From the NCBI GenBank assembly GCA_028824295.1, contig JAPPED010000033.1, forward strand, positions 21,224 through 85,223: DNA of 64,000 bases. The letters run 5' to 3'. Both the position numbers and the translations under genes were made by a program. Source of the DNA: Rhodospirillales bacterium (GTDB lineage Bacteria; Pseudomonadota; Alphaproteobacteria; TMED109). Below, one piece after another: positions 40,781 through 51,340 of the stretch. Below the pieces are notes generated by a model, which saw nothing but the letters and a program-made list of their open reading frames with translations, made no database searches and was not told the origin of the DNA. Each line of letters opens with the position of its first letter. Positions within the stretch are counted from its first letter, which is position 1.

Positions 40781-41466
40781 CAGCAGGACGTACTGGAACT
40801 GCGCAGCGAGTAACCGGCTCCCCGGATGGTCTGCAGGAGCGGTTCGGAGTAGCCGCGGTCGATCTTGGCGCGCAGACGACTGATGTGAACATCGATTACA
40901 CGCGTCTTGGGTTCGAAATGGTAGCCCCACACCTTTTCGAGAAGCATGGTGCGCGTGACGACCTGGCCGGCGTTTTCGAGCAGGAATTCCAGCATCCGGA
41001 ACTCTCTCGGCTGCAAGTCGATGGGCTTGCCGGCGCGCATGACGGTTCGTTTCAGGCGATCAAGCTCAAGATCCGATAGTCGTAGCGTCGAAGCGGTAAC
41101 TTCCGAAGAGTGACGCCGTACCAGAGCATCCAGTCGGGCCCGTACTTCTGCGAACGCGTATGGCTTGACGACGTAGTCGTCTCCTCCTGCCTCCAAGCCC
41201 CGTACCCGGTGATCAACTTCCCGCAAAGCCGATAGGAAAAGGACCGGCGTGTCGATCTTCTTGGCGCGCAGCTGCCGGACCATCGCGATACCGTCAAGTT
41301 CGGGCAACATGCAGTCGACGATCAGCGCGTCAGGCCGCGTGTCGAGTGCCCGGTCCAGGCCGGTCAGCCCGTCGGCAGCGTGATCAACGACGTGTCCGAG
41401 CTCTGAAAGACCATTGACCAGGAATTCGGCGGCAACCGTGTCGTCTTCCACAACGAGAATGTGCAT
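40780..41466 (-). CDS. OmpR/PhoB-family response regulator
   Basis: From ATG 41466 with AGGAGG upstream: MHILVVEDD...DALIVDCMLPELDG...KPY; winged-helix LQPREFRMLEFLLEN....R..L...VWG. Confidence 0.9.
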   Translation of the reverse strand: MHILVVEDDTVAAEFLVNGLSELGHVVDHAADGLTGLDRALDTRPDALIVDCMLPELDGIAMVRQLRAKKIDTPVLFLSALREVDHRVRGLEAGGDDYVVKPYAFAEVRARLDALVRRHSSEVTASTLRLSDLELDRLKRTVMRAGKPIDLQPREFRMLEFLLENAGQVVTRTMLLEKVWGYHFEPKTRVIDVHISRLRAKIDRGYSEPLLQTIRGAGYSLRSSSTSC

Positions 41467-41973
41467 TGAAAACGCCTCCTGTCCTTGCACTCGATATAGA
41501 TTTGTCGGAATAGTCGGCGCGAATGCAGTGGGAGCCACCTCCTGTGGCGGGAGCCACACCCCTCGGGAGGGTTCTTCTGTCTTGGCCGCAATCCTAGCCC
41601 GTCGGGCTCGACTTAGCGATTTCGCCAAACGAAGTCCACGCCTCCGGCCCCCCGGTCATCTCTGCACCTCACGGAAGGACGGGTTGCCAAAGCGATGCTT
41701 CGACTTTCCCCGCGAGCGCCAGGACGGCTCCAACGAGTCAATGAGGACATCGGTGGTCGTGGGTGCGGCGAACCGCACAGTCCGCAGGTGGTGCCGATCA
41801 GTCGGCCGTCAAACCACCTGCGGTTGAATGTCCGTCGACACGTATCGTGGCCAGCGGCCGCCAATCCCGAGCGGGATCTCCGTTGCTGCAATCAGCAGCA
41901 GCCGACGGGGCAGGCTGCGGAAATGAAGTAGGGGCGCTGGGCCTTGCGAGTTTGGTAGCTCAAACTCGCCCGT

Positions 41974-42312
41974 TCAATTGACGTTTTCCGGCTTGAGCGT
42001 GTAGCGGCCCTTCTCTGGACCATCGAACAGTCTGGGAATCTGCGGATGCAGGCACGGCTGGCTGCTTGTGTCTGGAAGCAGGTTCTGCTGGCTTACATAG
42101 GCGATGTAAGGACCTTCCTCGCTCTCCGCGAACAGGTGGTAGAAGGGCTGATCCTTGCGGGGACGGAGATCCTCTGGAATCTGCTGATACCACTCCTCGG
42201 TGTTGTTGAACTCCGGATCTACGTCAAAGACTACGCCGCGAAAGGGGTAGATTCGGTGCCGGACCACCTGGCCAAGCCCGAATTCCGCCCGAGCTTGCAG
42301 CAGCTTCTGCAT
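41974..42312 (-). CDS. hspQ: Heat-shock protein HspQ (YccV, hemimethylated-DNA-binding fold)
   Basis: AEFGLGQVVRHRIYPFRGVVFDVDPEF..TEEWYQ......P.KDQPFYHL.AE. A 9-bp-stem hairpin at 41946-41969 lies just downstream. Confidence 0.85.
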   Translation of the reverse strand: MQKLLQARAEFGLGQVVRHRIYPFRGVVFDVDPEFNNTEEWYQQIPEDLRPRKDQPFYHLFAESEEGPYIAYVSQQNLLPDTSSQPCLHPQIPRLFDGPEKGRYTLKPENVN

Positions 42313-42399
42313 GATCGTGTCCCTACGCCTGTACCGATAGGTACTGAACTACCGGTAGTTTACCAGATGGGGTCTGGCCCATACATGTTCAAGCGGGAC

Positions 42400-42987
42400 C
42401 TATTCGGCCAGTGCCTCGCGGACGAACTCGAGACGGTCCTGACCAAAAAACATTTCGTCGTTGACGAACATCGTGGGGATTCCGAATAGGCCGCGTGCCA
42501 CGGCAGCGTCCGACTGTTGCCGCAATTCCAACTTCACGTCGTCCTCTTGCGTGCGACGCATCAGGAACTCGGCATCCAGATCGCCCTCTCGAAGGCAGCG
42601 CACGACTTCTTCCGGTTTGCTGAGATCGACGTCCCGCGCCCAGAACGCTGGATAGATGACATCGAGGTAGGCCTCCAGCTGGCCGGACTGTTGGGCGGCC
42701 ACGGCGCCACGCATCAAACCAATGGTGTTGATCGGGAAAGCGCTGTTGTAGACGAGTGGAACGTCGTAGCGACGGGCAAACCGGGCAAGATCCATGGACA
42801 GGTACCGGCCCTTGGCCGGGACCTCGGCAGGGGAAGTGTTTCCCGTTGCCTTGAAGATTCCGCCGAGGAGGATCGGCCGGTAGTCGATTGCTGCTCCAGC
42901 TTCGCGGGCAATCGCTGGCAGTTGTGTCCACGCGAGGTAGCCACTTGGACTCCCGACGTCGAAATAGAATTCCACCCGTTTGGCCAT
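42400..42987 (-). CDS. 2-hydroxychromene-2-carboxylate isomerase / DsbA-like thioredoxin-fold protein
   Basis: From ATG 42987: MAKRVEFYFDVGSPSGYLAW...GIFGIPTMFVNDEMFFGQDRLEFV. Confidence 0.85.
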   Translation of the reverse strand: MAKRVEFYFDVGSPSGYLAWTQLPAIAREAGAAIDYRPILLGGIFKATGNTSPAEVPAKGRYLSMDLARFARRYDVPLVYNSAFPINTIGLMRGAVAAQQSGQLEAYLDVIYPAFWARDVDLSKPEEVVRCLREGDLDAEFLMRRTQEDDVKLELRQQSDAAVARGLFGIPTMFVNDEMFFGQDRLEFVREALAE

Positions 42988-43078
42988 GAATGCATCCTCC
43001 GTCGTCGATGGGCCGGTCGGCGAACATATACTCACATTTCGCCTCTTGCGATCAGATCCACTTCGAGGACCGGCACCG

Positions 43079-44359
43079 ATGTCCAGCCTTACCGAGCAAC
43101 TCGTTCAATTCATTGAGGCCAAGCCGATTGCCGACGCTGACCTTGCGAAGGCCTCCGACTACGTTCTCGATGCCCTGGCGAACACTCGGGCCGGCCAGTC
43201 GACCGAACCGGGGCGGATCATCAAGGCCTGGGGCGAAGCTGCCGGTCGCGATCCTGGCCGCGAAGCGTTTCAGCTTGGCGCGCTGACGCACATCCTCGAA
43301 GCCGACGACCTGCACCGCGAATCGGTCACACATCCTGGGTGTGTTGTCGTGCCGGCGGCGTGCGCGCTTGCCCGCTCCACCGGTGCCGATGGGCGAACCT
43401 TCCTGACGGCCGTCCTAAAGGGCTTTGAGGCCATGTGCCGGATTGGTGCCGCAGTCGGACCGACGCACTACCGCACCTGGCACAACACCGCGACCTGCGG
43501 GCCGTTTGGTTCCGCCTATGCGGCCGGTACCCTCTTGGGGCTTGATTCGCAGGCGATGGTTCACGCACTGGGGAACGCCGGTACGCAGTCGGCTGGGCTG
43601 TGGGAGTTCATTGCGTCCGGTGCGATGAGCAAGCACCTCCATGCCGGTCGCGCCGCGGAAGCAGGGGTCGTGGCAGCCGAGCTCGCGGCACATGGCTTCA
43701 CCGGCGCCCCGTCGATTCTGGAAGGGTCCCGCGGCTTCTTTGCTGCCGCCTGCCCGGATGCTGATCCCGAGGCAGTGCTTCGAGCCCCGGATCAACCCTG
43801 GCAACTCCATCTGACGTCGATCAAGCCGTGGCCGTCCTGCCGACACACACATCCAGCCATTGATGCTGCCTTGGAACTGGCGCCGCATGTGGACCGGTTC
43901 CGGAAAGTCGAGGCGTGGACCTACCGGGCGGCCATCGATGTTTGCGACAATGTTCAGCCGAAGACCGAATACGAAGCAAAGTTTTCGCTGCAGCATTGCA
44001 TTGCCGCGGCGTTGATGGACAAGGAGGTCGTGTTCGCCAGCTTCGAGGCAGCCGCCCGCGAGCGACATGCCGATCTTGCAAACCGTGTCGTGCTGGCGTC
44101 CGGTCCTCCGTACGACGAGGCATACCCTCGCGCGTGGGGGGCGTCGGTCCGCGTCGAATTGGTTGACGGGCGCGTGCTGGCGGCGGAACGGGAGCATGCG
44201 CTCGGCGACCCGGACGCCCCGCTCTCGTCACGGCGGCTGGAGGCCAAGGCGCGGGACCTTCTGGCACTCGGAGGAGTGGATCCGGAACCGGTGGTCCGCC
44301 AAGTGTATGGGCTTCGTGCTGGCGGATCGCCGGTCGGCCTTGCGGACCTCGTAACTTAG
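43079..44359 (+). CDS. MmgE/PrpD family protein
   Basis: From ATG 43079: ...DALANTRAG...THILEADDLHRES.THPG.VV.PAA...TWHNTATCG.FG...KPWPSCRHTHP.IDA. Confidence 0.9.
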   Translation: MSSLTEQLVQFIEAKPIADADLAKASDYVLDALANTRAGQSTEPGRIIKAWGEAAGRDPGREAFQLGALTHILEADDLHRESVTHPGCVVVPAACALARSTGADGRTFLTAVLKGFEAMCRIGAAVGPTHYRTWHNTATCGPFGSAYAAGTLLGLDSQAMVHALGNAGTQSAGLWEFIASGAMSKHLHAGRAAEAGVVAAELAAHGFTGAPSILEGSRGFFAAACPDADPEAVLRAPDQPWQLHLTSIKPWPSCRHTHPAIDAALELAPHVDRFRKVEAWTYRAAIDVCDNVQPKTEYEAKFSLQHCIAAALMDKEVVFASFEAAARERHADLANRVVLASGPPYDEAYPRAWGASVRVELVDGRVLAAEREHALGDPDAPLSSRRLEAKARDLLALGGVDPEPVVRQVYGLRAGGSPVGLADLVT

Positions 44360-44739
44360 TCAGCCTCGCGCGCTAGACCGATCCAGACGGAATCTCCGTC
44401 GCGTACCTCCCGCAGATCGGCCGGGTCGCCGTCAGCGTCCGCCCAGACGTTCACGGCGGTCACCAGACGAATCTCGTCTCCGCGCGACGCCGGTGTCCGG
44501 CCGTACCCGATTGCGATCGCCGACCCGCCGGTCCAAAAAGCAATCTCTCCTTTCTCGACGACGTCGCGGGCATCGTCCTCCAATGGTGCTGACACCGGGA
44601 CGCGGAAGTAGACTTCCTCGCCCCACGTTTGCGCGACTGCCTGCAGCGGAAGTTCCTTCAGAATCGCTTTGGCAGTGGGCGTGTCCCGAGCAGTCATCCC
44701 GAGTTCGGTGGCGTTGATCCGGACCACGATCCGTTCCAT
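44356..44739 (-). CDS. Cyclophilin-like fold protein (small, uncharacterised family)
   Basis: From ATG 44739: MERIVVRINATELGMTARDTPTAKAILKELPLQAVAQTWGEEVYFRVPV...GEIAFWTGGSAIAIGYGRTPAS. Convergent 4-nt overlap with the PrpD-family gene. Confidence 0.75.
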   Translation of the reverse strand: MERIVVRINATELGMTARDTPTAKAILKELPLQAVAQTWGEEVYFRVPVSAPLEDDARDVVEKGEIAFWTGGSAIAIGYGRTPASRGDEIRLVTAVNVWADADGDPADLREVRDGDSVWIGLAREAD

Positions 44740-44866
44740 CAGTCGTTCTCCTGAAGCAGTGCGAAATCTCGCAACGTACGGCTCCGTACACCTTGTCCAA
44801 AGCCTGCCGCCCCCTATCATGCAGCACTGAACGGGCGCAAATGGACGCCCCTTGAAAGGAGCTTTC

Positions 44867-47176
44867 ATGGCCCAGTTCGGTATCGGTCAGCCCGTGGAAC
44901 GGGCGGAGGATCCCCGATTCCTGACCGGCAAGGGGCGTTACACCGCCGATCTATCGCTTCCCGAGCAAGCCTGGCTGCACGTGGTCCGCTCGCCGATGGC
45001 CTGTGCCGACATTCGTTCCATCAGCACTGAGGCTGCATCGCAGGCCGAGGGTGTGCTTGGTGTATTCACCGCCAAGGACTTGGTGGAGGCAGGCGTGGGA
45101 AACCTGGCCTGTCTGTACGTCGGCAAGAACCGCGACGGATCGGATAATCTGGTCCCGCCGCGACCGGCGTTGGCTGGTGAGCGGGTTTACTACGTGGGTG
45201 AGCCCGTTGCCATTGTGGTGGCAGAAACGGCAAATCTTGCGCGCGACGCGGCGGAACTGGTGGAGGTCGACTACGAGGAGCGTCCGGCGGTCACGGACAC
45301 GGCTGGTGCCACGGCTGACGACGCTCCCCAGATCCACGAGGGCATCCCCGGCAATCTCTGTTTCGACTGGGCCCTCGGCGACGAAGCGAAGACGGACGCC
45401 GCGTTCGAGAAGGCCAGGCATGTCGTTTCCCTCGACCTGGTGAACAACCGGCTGGTTCCGAACCCGATGGAGTGCCGTGCGGCAGTCGCCAGCTACGAGG
45501 AAGGCAGCGGTTTCTCGATTACCTGTGGTTCGCAGGGAGTCCATCTGCTCCAGGGGCAGTTCGCGTCCATCTTCGGTGTCGAGGCGGACGCAGTCCAGGT
45601 GCGAACCGGCGATGTCGGCGGCGGCTTCGGGATGAAGATTTTTCTGTATCCCGAGTACATCCACGTGCTGTTTGCCGCGAGGGCGCTGGGTCGTCCCGTC
45701 CGCTGGGTTTCCGAGCGTACCGAAGCGTTTCTCTCCGACACCCACGGGCGTGACCATGTCACCCGCGCCGAGCTGGCGTTGGATTCGGACGCGCGTTTCC
45801 TGGGGCTGCGGGTGCACACGATCGCGAACCTGGGTGCGCAGTGCTCCAACTTCGGGATTTTCGTGCCGACACTCGCTGGCACCATGATGCTTACAGGCTG
45901 CTACCAGACCCCCGCCGTGTACGCGAATGTGCTGGGCGTGTATACGAACACGCCGCCGGTGGATGCCTACCGGGGAGCAGGGCGCCCCGAGGCGGCGTTC
46001 GTGGTGGAGCGGATCGTGGACAAGGCCGCGCGCCAGCTGGGACTTGCGCCCGACGAGATTCGTCGCCGCAATTTCATTCGATCTGACCAGATGCCGTACA
46101 CCACGCCCATGGGCGAGATCTACGACTCCGGGAATTTCGTCAAGAACATGGATGACGCTATCGCGCGCTCAGACTGGGCCGGCTTCGAACAGCGCCGTGC
46201 CGCGTCGGAACGCAGCGGCCGACTTCGCGGAATCGGGATGGCCAGCTACATCGAGGCATGCTCGAGCGGCGCGCCTGAAGAGGCGACCATCGAGATTGGC
46301 ACCGACGGCCGCGCGCGCGTGCTGATCGGCACCCAGTCTAACGGGCAGGGCCATGAAACGGCCTATCGGCAGATCGTGTCGGAACGTCTGGGGCTCTCGT
46401 TCGACCAGATCGATATCGTCCAGGGCGACACCGCGACGATTGGCTATGGCGGAGGAACCGGTGGGTCGCGATCGGTTCCGGTCGGCGGTGCCGCCCTTTC
46501 CGATGCGGCGATGCAGGTGATCGAGCGTGGCCGGAGTCTTGCTGCCGACCAACTGGAAGCTTCGATGGAGGACATCGAGTTCCAGAATGGCAGGTTCAGG
46601 GTACCCGGCACGGATCTCGAGGTGTCCCTCGGAGAGGCCTCCCGGCGCGCCGCCGATGCAGGCGACCCGTTGGCGGAGGCTGCCCGATGGACTCCGCCGG
46701 CCGCGACGTTCCCGAACGGCACCCACGTCTGCGAGGTGGAAGTGGCCCCCGAAACCGGGGCGTTGCAGATCATGCGCTACACGGTCGTGGATGACTTCGG
46801 CACGGTCATAAACCCGCTACTCCTGGAAGGCCAGGTTCACGGCGGGATCGTGCAGGGCCTGGGCCAGGCACTGCTTGAGCAAACACAGTACGATTCCGAA
46901 TCTGGTCAGTTGCTGAGCGCGTCCTTCATGGATTACACGATGCCGCGCGCGGACGACGCCCCTCACATCGATTTCACCTACAATGTGGTTCCGTCGACCA
47001 CCAATGCGTTGGGCATGAAAGGGGCTGGGGAAGCGGGTGCCATCGGCGCTCCACCGGCCATCATCAACGCACTGGTCAATGCGCTTCATGGTTACGGCAT
47101 CGAGCACGTCGACATGCCGGCGACGCCGGAGCGTGTCTGGTCGCTCATCGATACTGGCTCGCGTCGAGCCGCCTGA
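44867..47176 (+). CDS. Xanthine dehydrogenase/CoxL-family molybdopterin-binding large subunit
   Basis: ATG 44867 with AAGGAG upstream: [28 protein letters not shown]...[10 protein letters not shown]...GGTGGSRS. 769 aa. No FAD or Fe-S subunit genes are adjacent. Confidence 0.9.
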   Translation: MAQFGIGQPVERAEDPRFLTGKGRYTADLSLPEQAWLHVVRSPMACADIRSISTEAASQAEGVLGVFTAKDLVEAGVGNLACLYVGKNRDGSDNLVPPRPALAGERVYYVGEPVAIVVAETANLARDAAELVEVDYEERPAVTDTAGATADDAPQIHEGIPGNLCFDWALGDEAKTDAAFEKARHVVSLDLVNNRLVPNPMECRAAVASYEEGSGFSITCGSQGVHLLQGQFASIFGVEADAVQVRTGDVGGGFGMKIFLYPEYIHVLFAARALGRPVRWVSERTEAFLSDTHGRDHVTRAELALDSDARFLGLRVHTIANLGAQCSNFGIFVPTLAGTMMLTGCYQTPAVYANVLGVYTNTPPVDAYRGAGRPEAAFVVERIVDKAARQLGLAPDEIRRRNFIRSDQMPYTTPMGEIYDSGNFVKNMDDAIARSDWAGFEQRRAASERSGRLRGIGMASYIEACSSGAPEEATIEIGTDGRARVLIGTQSNGQGHETAYRQIVSERLGLSFDQIDIVQGDTATIGYGGGTGGSRSVPVGGAALSDAAMQVIERGRSLAADQLEASMEDIEFQNGRFRVPGTDLEVSLGEASRRAADAGDPLAEAARWTPPAATFPNGTHVCEVEVAPETGALQIMRYTVVDDFGTVINPLLLEGQVHGGIVQGLGQALLEQTQYDSESGQLLSASFMDYTMPRADDAPHIDFTYNVVPSTTNALGMKGAGEAGAIGAPPAIINALVNALHGYGIEHVDMPATPERVWSLIDTGSRRAA

Positions 47177-47185
47177 GATATATCC

Positions 47186-48406
47186 TTGTTTGATCCTACT
47201 GAGCGGCCGGGGCGCCCCGGCTGGCAATTCCTGCACACGCCGGGGCCTACGAACATCCCCCGACGGATTGTGTCCGCAATGGCGGCCCCCCAGTCAGACC
47301 ATCGGAGTCCTGAGTTTCTGACAATTGCTGAACGGGCCTACGCCCGGCTCAAGGAGTTGCTTGGTACGAAGTCGCCGGTAGCGCTGATGAGTGCTCCGGG
47401 CCACGGAGCTTGGGAGGCGGCCTTGGTGAATCCGCTGGCTCCGGGCGACCACATCATCATGGCGGAGACCGGTTTCTTCTCTCAACGATGGAAGGAGATG
47501 GCGGAACGGCTGGGTCTCCAGGTCGACTATCTGCCAGGTGACTGGCGTACCGGGGTCGACGCGAATCGGGTCGAGGAATGCCTGCGCTCCGATGCGTCGG
47601 GGAGCATCAAGGCCGTCTGCGTCGTTCACAACGAGACGTCGACAGGAGTACGGAGTGACCTTCCGGCGGTTCGGGCGGCGATGGACGCCGCGGGGCACTC
47701 GGCACTTCTGATCGCGGATGTCATCTCGTCCTTTGCTTCAAGTCCCTACTACCATGATGCTTGGCGCGTGGATGTCTGTGTCGGCGGGAGTCAGAAAGGC
47801 CTCATGTTACCGCCGGGCCTTGCATTCAATGCACTGTCGGACCGGGCACTGGAAGCCGCCCGGACATCAGGGGGCTGCCCGCGCTATTTCTGGGACTGGA
47901 ATGAGCACCTCGGACCAGAGGGCTCCCTGGGCTTCATTTCGACCCCGGCGATTCCGCTCTGGTACGGGCTTGCGACCGCCCTGGAGATGCTGTTTGAAGA
48001 AGGGCCTGAGCAGGTGTTCGCTCGCCACCGGCACCTGGCTCAAAGCGTGCGGGCGGCGGTAGCTGCGTGGAATCTAGAGCTTGTCAGCACCATTCCGGAC
48101 GAACACAGCGACACGGTAACGGCGATCCTGCTTCCAGAGGGCAACGACCCGGATGCATTCCGGACCCTGTGCCGAGAGCAGTACGGGGTTGCACTGGCTG
48201 CGGCCATCGGGCGCTGGGCCACGAACGGATTTCGGATCGGCCACTTGGGCGCCCTGAGCGAAGCGATGATTCTTGGTTCGTTGGGGGCAACCGAACTTGC
48301 TCTGGGGGAAGCCGGAGTTCCGCATGAGGCAGGTGGTGTTGGAGCGGCCCTGGCAAGCCTCCGGGCGAATCATGCCCGGGAAGCACCGCTACGCGCCGTC
48401 GGCTGA
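47186..48406 (+). CDS. Class V aminotransferase (serine/alanine-glyoxylate aminotransferase-like)
   Basis: TTG start. ...FLHTPGPTNIPRRIVSAM...VVHNETSTGV...GSQKGLMLPPGL. Confidence 0.9.
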   Translation: MFDPTERPGRPGWQFLHTPGPTNIPRRIVSAMAAPQSDHRSPEFLTIAERAYARLKELLGTKSPVALMSAPGHGAWEAALVNPLAPGDHIIMAETGFFSQRWKEMAERLGLQVDYLPGDWRTGVDANRVEECLRSDASGSIKAVCVVHNETSTGVRSDLPAVRAAMDAAGHSALLIADVISSFASSPYYHDAWRVDVCVGGSQKGLMLPPGLAFNALSDRALEAARTSGGCPRYFWDWNEHLGPEGSLGFISTPAIPLWYGLATALEMLFEEGPEQVFARHRHLAQSVRAAVAAWNLELVSTIPDEHSDTVTAILLPEGNDPDAFRTLCREQYGVALAAAIGRWATNGFRIGHLGALSEAMILGSLGATELALGEAGVPHEAGGVGAALASLRANHAREAPLRAVG

Positions 48407-48420
48407 CCGACGCCTTCGCG

Positions 48421-49455
48421 TTAGGCGAAAGCCTCGTCCCACGTTCCCCGCGTGGCAGCCCGCGAATATTCCGTGGACCGGTTTTCAAAGAAGTTGGTGT
48501 GCTCAAGCGCATTGAGCATCTCGTCCATCCAGGGAAGCGGATTCGTGTCGGCGGCGAAGAGAGGCGGCTGCCCGAGCCGGTTGAGTCGACGGTTGGCGAT
48601 GTACCGGATGTAGGCTTTTACCTCTGCGCCGGTCAGACCCTCCACGCCGCCCAATTCGAAGGCTCTGTCGATAAACGCGTCCTCGTGGCAGACCACCGTC
48701 TGACAGGCCTCGCGCAGGTCATTGGCGAGCTCGTCGGTGTCGATGTCGGGATTTTCCTGCAGAAAGGTTCGGTAGAGGCGGACAATCGAGTTCGTGTGCA
48801 GGGTTTCATCGCGGGCTGACCACGTGACGATCTGGCCCATCCCTTTCATCTTGTTGAATCTCGGGAAGTTCAGCAATACGGCGAAGCTTGCAAAGAGCTG
48901 GATGCCCTCGGTGAAGGCCCCGAACATGGCCAGAGTCCGGGCGATGTCCTCGCGGGTATCGGTGCTGTAGCTCTGCATGTAATCGTACTTGTCGCGCATC
49001 TCCTTGATGTTGAGAAAGGCCTCGTACTCGACTTCCGGCATGCCGATCGTGTCGAGGAGATGTGAGTACGCGGCGATATGCACGGTCTCCATGTTGGAGA
49101 ACGCCGCCAACATCATTTGAACTTCGGTCGGCTCGAACACGCGCGCGTAATGCCGCATGTAGCAGTTGTTGACCTCGACATCCGACTGTACGAAGAAGCG
49201 GAAAATTTGAGTCAGCAGATTCCGCTCCTCATCGGTGAGCTTTTCGCTCCAGTCCTTGACGTCTTCAGCGAGAGGCACCTCTTCCGGCAACCAGTGAATC
49301 CGCTGTTGCTGCAGCCACGCTTCATAGGCCCACGGGTAGTGGAACGGCTTGTAAACAGGGTTAGCCTTGAGCAAAGACACTGCAGCTACCCAGCCTTGCC
49401 GAAGGCCCGTGCAGCGAGCAGGAGAGATCGCTCGCCACCAGATGATGTTTCCCAC
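48421..49455 (-). CDS. nrdB: Class Ia ribonucleotide reductase beta subunit (R2)
   Basis: NPVYKPFHYPWAYEAW..QQRIHWLPEEV; di-iron/tyrosyl motif ETVHIAAYSHLL. The start is uncertain: both GTG 49455 and GTG 49380 (giving MSLLKANPVYKPF) are possible. No nrdA is adjacent. Confidence 0.9.
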   Translation of the reverse strand: MGNIIWWRAISPARCTGLRQGWVAAVSLLKANPVYKPFHYPWAYEAWLQQQRIHWLPEEVPLAEDVKDWSEKLTDEERNLLTQIFRFFVQSDVEVNNCYMRHYARVFEPTEVQMMLAAFSNMETVHIAAYSHLLDTIGMPEVEYEAFLNIKEMRDKYDYMQSYSTDTREDIARTLAMFGAFTEGIQLFASFAVLLNFPRFNKMKGMGQIVTWSARDETLHTNSIVRLYRTFLQENPDIDTDELANDLREACQTVVCHEDAFIDRAFELGGVEGLTGAEVKAYIRYIANRRLNRLGQPPLFAADTNPLPWMDEMLNALEHTNFFENRSTEYSRAATRGTWDEAFA

Positions 49456-49535
49456 GACCCATGCGGCACAAGATACAGTGTCGCATGGGAATTGTGAAAC
49501 CGGCTCATCCCGTTCGCTCCGGGGTCAGCATCGCC

Positions 49536-50315
49536 CTAGCGGAACGTGGCTTCGACCCGCCCAAGCGGGCCGAAATCGCAGACCGCATGGTCACCCGGCT
49601 TCGCGTGGACGGCCGCGTTGGCGATGTTTCCGGTCGTGACGATGTCTCCGGCATGAAGCGTGTCTCCCCTGCCGGTAACGCGGTTGGCCAGCCAGAGCAG
49701 CGCGTTCGCGGGATCGTCCAGTGCGTTGGCTCCGACTCCGTCGGTGACGGGCTCCCCGTTCACCGTGACTGCCACCGTGAGTCCCAACCGATCGATGTCG
49801 GCCCAGTCCGAACGCCAAATCCCTGCGACAAAGCACGCGTGCACGCCGTTGTCGACGATCGTCTCCGCAAGGGTGGGCGACCAGCCGCCTTCGAACCGGC
49901 AGTCCACCACCTCGATGGCGGGGGCCAGTGCAGCGGTTGCATCCAGAACCTGGCGAAGCGTGAACGGTGCCTCGGCCGGGGTGAGGTCTCGATGGAACCG
50001 GAAGGCAATCTCTGGTTCGACAATCGGCGATGCGAATGCGAGGCCGGCAAGGTCCGCAGGACTGTCGAACGTCGTCTCTTCATGCATGCGGCCGTAGAAC
50101 GGCTCGTCGGTACCCGTCAACTGCTGGGCCCAAGAGTTCGTGCATCCGATCTTCCAGCCGATCACGGTGCCTCCGACGGCAGCGTTCAGTTGGACCTGCA
50201 AGTCGTACGCGGAATCGGGTTCAAGCGGAACGGTCGTCGGGAACTTCGCCATCAAACGACCAGCCCGCCGTGACTCGGCGAGCGCCGATACCAAGGACTC
50301 CGGCGGGGCCCTCAC
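49536..50315 (-). CDS. MhpD-like hydratase (third paralog in the window)
   Basis: GWKIGCTN...EPEIAFRF...IEVVDCRF...AGDIVTTGN. GTG start in a GTGA overlap with the upstream PhyH gene; the start is uncertain. Confidence 0.8.
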   Translation of the reverse strand: MRAPPESLVSALAESRRAGRLMAKFPTTVPLEPDSAYDLQVQLNAAVGGTVIGWKIGCTNSWAQQLTGTDEPFYGRMHEETTFDSPADLAGLAFASPIVEPEIAFRFHRDLTPAEAPFTLRQVLDATAALAPAIEVVDCRFEGGWSPTLAETIVDNGVHACFVAGIWRSDWADIDRLGLTVAVTVNGEPVTDGVGANALDDPANALLWLANRVTGRGDTLHAGDIVTTGNIANAAVHAKPGDHAVCDFGPLGRVEATFR

Positions 50316-51340
50316 CTGGCAGCAACCCGCTTCAACTGCAGCCTCTTGGGGGCAAGCTCTCCGACAAGCTGGGCTTCCGGGTTCGCATTCTGCACGTATG
50401 GGTGTCCGACCCGCCCGTACGCGTTCCAGATGCGAAATCCCAGCCGATCCAAGAGCTCTCTGGGGGCATCTACGAGAAGGTCCGGATCCACCCCAAGCGT
50501 GTAGTTCTCCTGCGGTCGAAACTGCGGACCGCAGAAGGTGGCCAGCACTGCAAGGCGGTGCTCACCCGACTGGTTCGCGCCGGTTCCGTGCCAGATTCTT
50601 CCGTCCCACACGATGGCTGAACCGGCGCCAGCTTCGGCGGGCAGCGTGGGCACCGGGCAGGGGATGCCGGGGGGCGGCTGCAGGCCCGTCAGGTGGCTGG
50701 TCGGAACGAGCCGTGTGGCGCCGTTCGCTTCCGTAAAGTCATTCAGGCAGTACACCACGTTGGCGGCGCAGGGGGGGTTGATCGGGCGCGTCATGTCCCC
50801 GTCATCGGCTCCGTGGAACTCGCCCCGCTGCATGGCTCCGGGCACGTGCGGCTCGTCATGCCGGGGCAGGGGACGCGGCAACCACCATTGGTCCGTATGC
50901 AATCCCATGGCACGACCGCCGGGTTTGGCGATGTTGGCGGTAAGGCTGGACAGGACAAATTCCGGTCCGAGCAGGGATTCCACGAGAGGGGAGAGCCGCT
51001 GGTCGGTGACCAGGTTGCGGAACACGGCGCCCTTGTTGACCAGCATCCAGAGACGCTGATTGATGCCGCCATTGGCCGCCGTGAACACGTTCTCGCGGGA
51101 ATGCCGGTGACGATTGGACCAATCCTGTCCAGGCCCCTGATCCTCGAACGCGACCCCTATCTCGATTTCCGCCTCTGCCTGCTCGACGAGACGTGTTCGA
51201 AGGGCGGCCAGTTCGCTGCCGCCGAGGACGTCCTCGACGATGCAGTAGCCGAATTCCCGAAGGTCACTCCGGGCCTGATCAATGTCCGTTGTCGGAGATG
51301 CGGAGGGATCGCCGGGTTGCCACGGTGCACAAGTTTCCAT
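50312..51340 (-). CDS. Phytanoyl-CoA dioxygenase (PhyH) family Fe(II)/2-oxoglutarate oxygenase
   Basis: LREFGYCIVEDVL...LHTDQWW...NGATRLVPTSH...WDGRIWHGTGAN. Confidence 0.85.
   Translation of the reverse strand: METCAPWQPGDPSASPTTDIDQARSDLREFGYCIVEDVLGGSELAALRTRLVEQAEAEIEIGVAFEDQGPGQDWSNRHRHSRENVFTAANGGINQRLWMLVNKGAVFRNLVTDQRLSPLVESLLGPEFVLSSLTANIAKPGGRAMGLHTDQWWLPRPLPRHDEPHVPGAMQRGEFHGADDGDMTRPINPPCAANVVYCLNDFTEANGATRLVPTSHLTGLQPPPGIPCPVPTLPAEAGAGSAIVWDGRIWHGTGANQSGEHRLAVLATFCGPQFRPQENYTLGVDPDLLVDAPRELLDRLGFRIWNAYGRVGHPYVQNANPEAQLVGELAPKRLQLKRVAAR

Noticed and set aside
48421-49455. Orphan nrdB as an R2-like ligand-binding oxidase or a radical-less class Ic R2
   Set aside because: The tyrosyl-radical position is a Tyr in the ExxHxxxY context, and the overall sequence reads like a standard class Ia R2.
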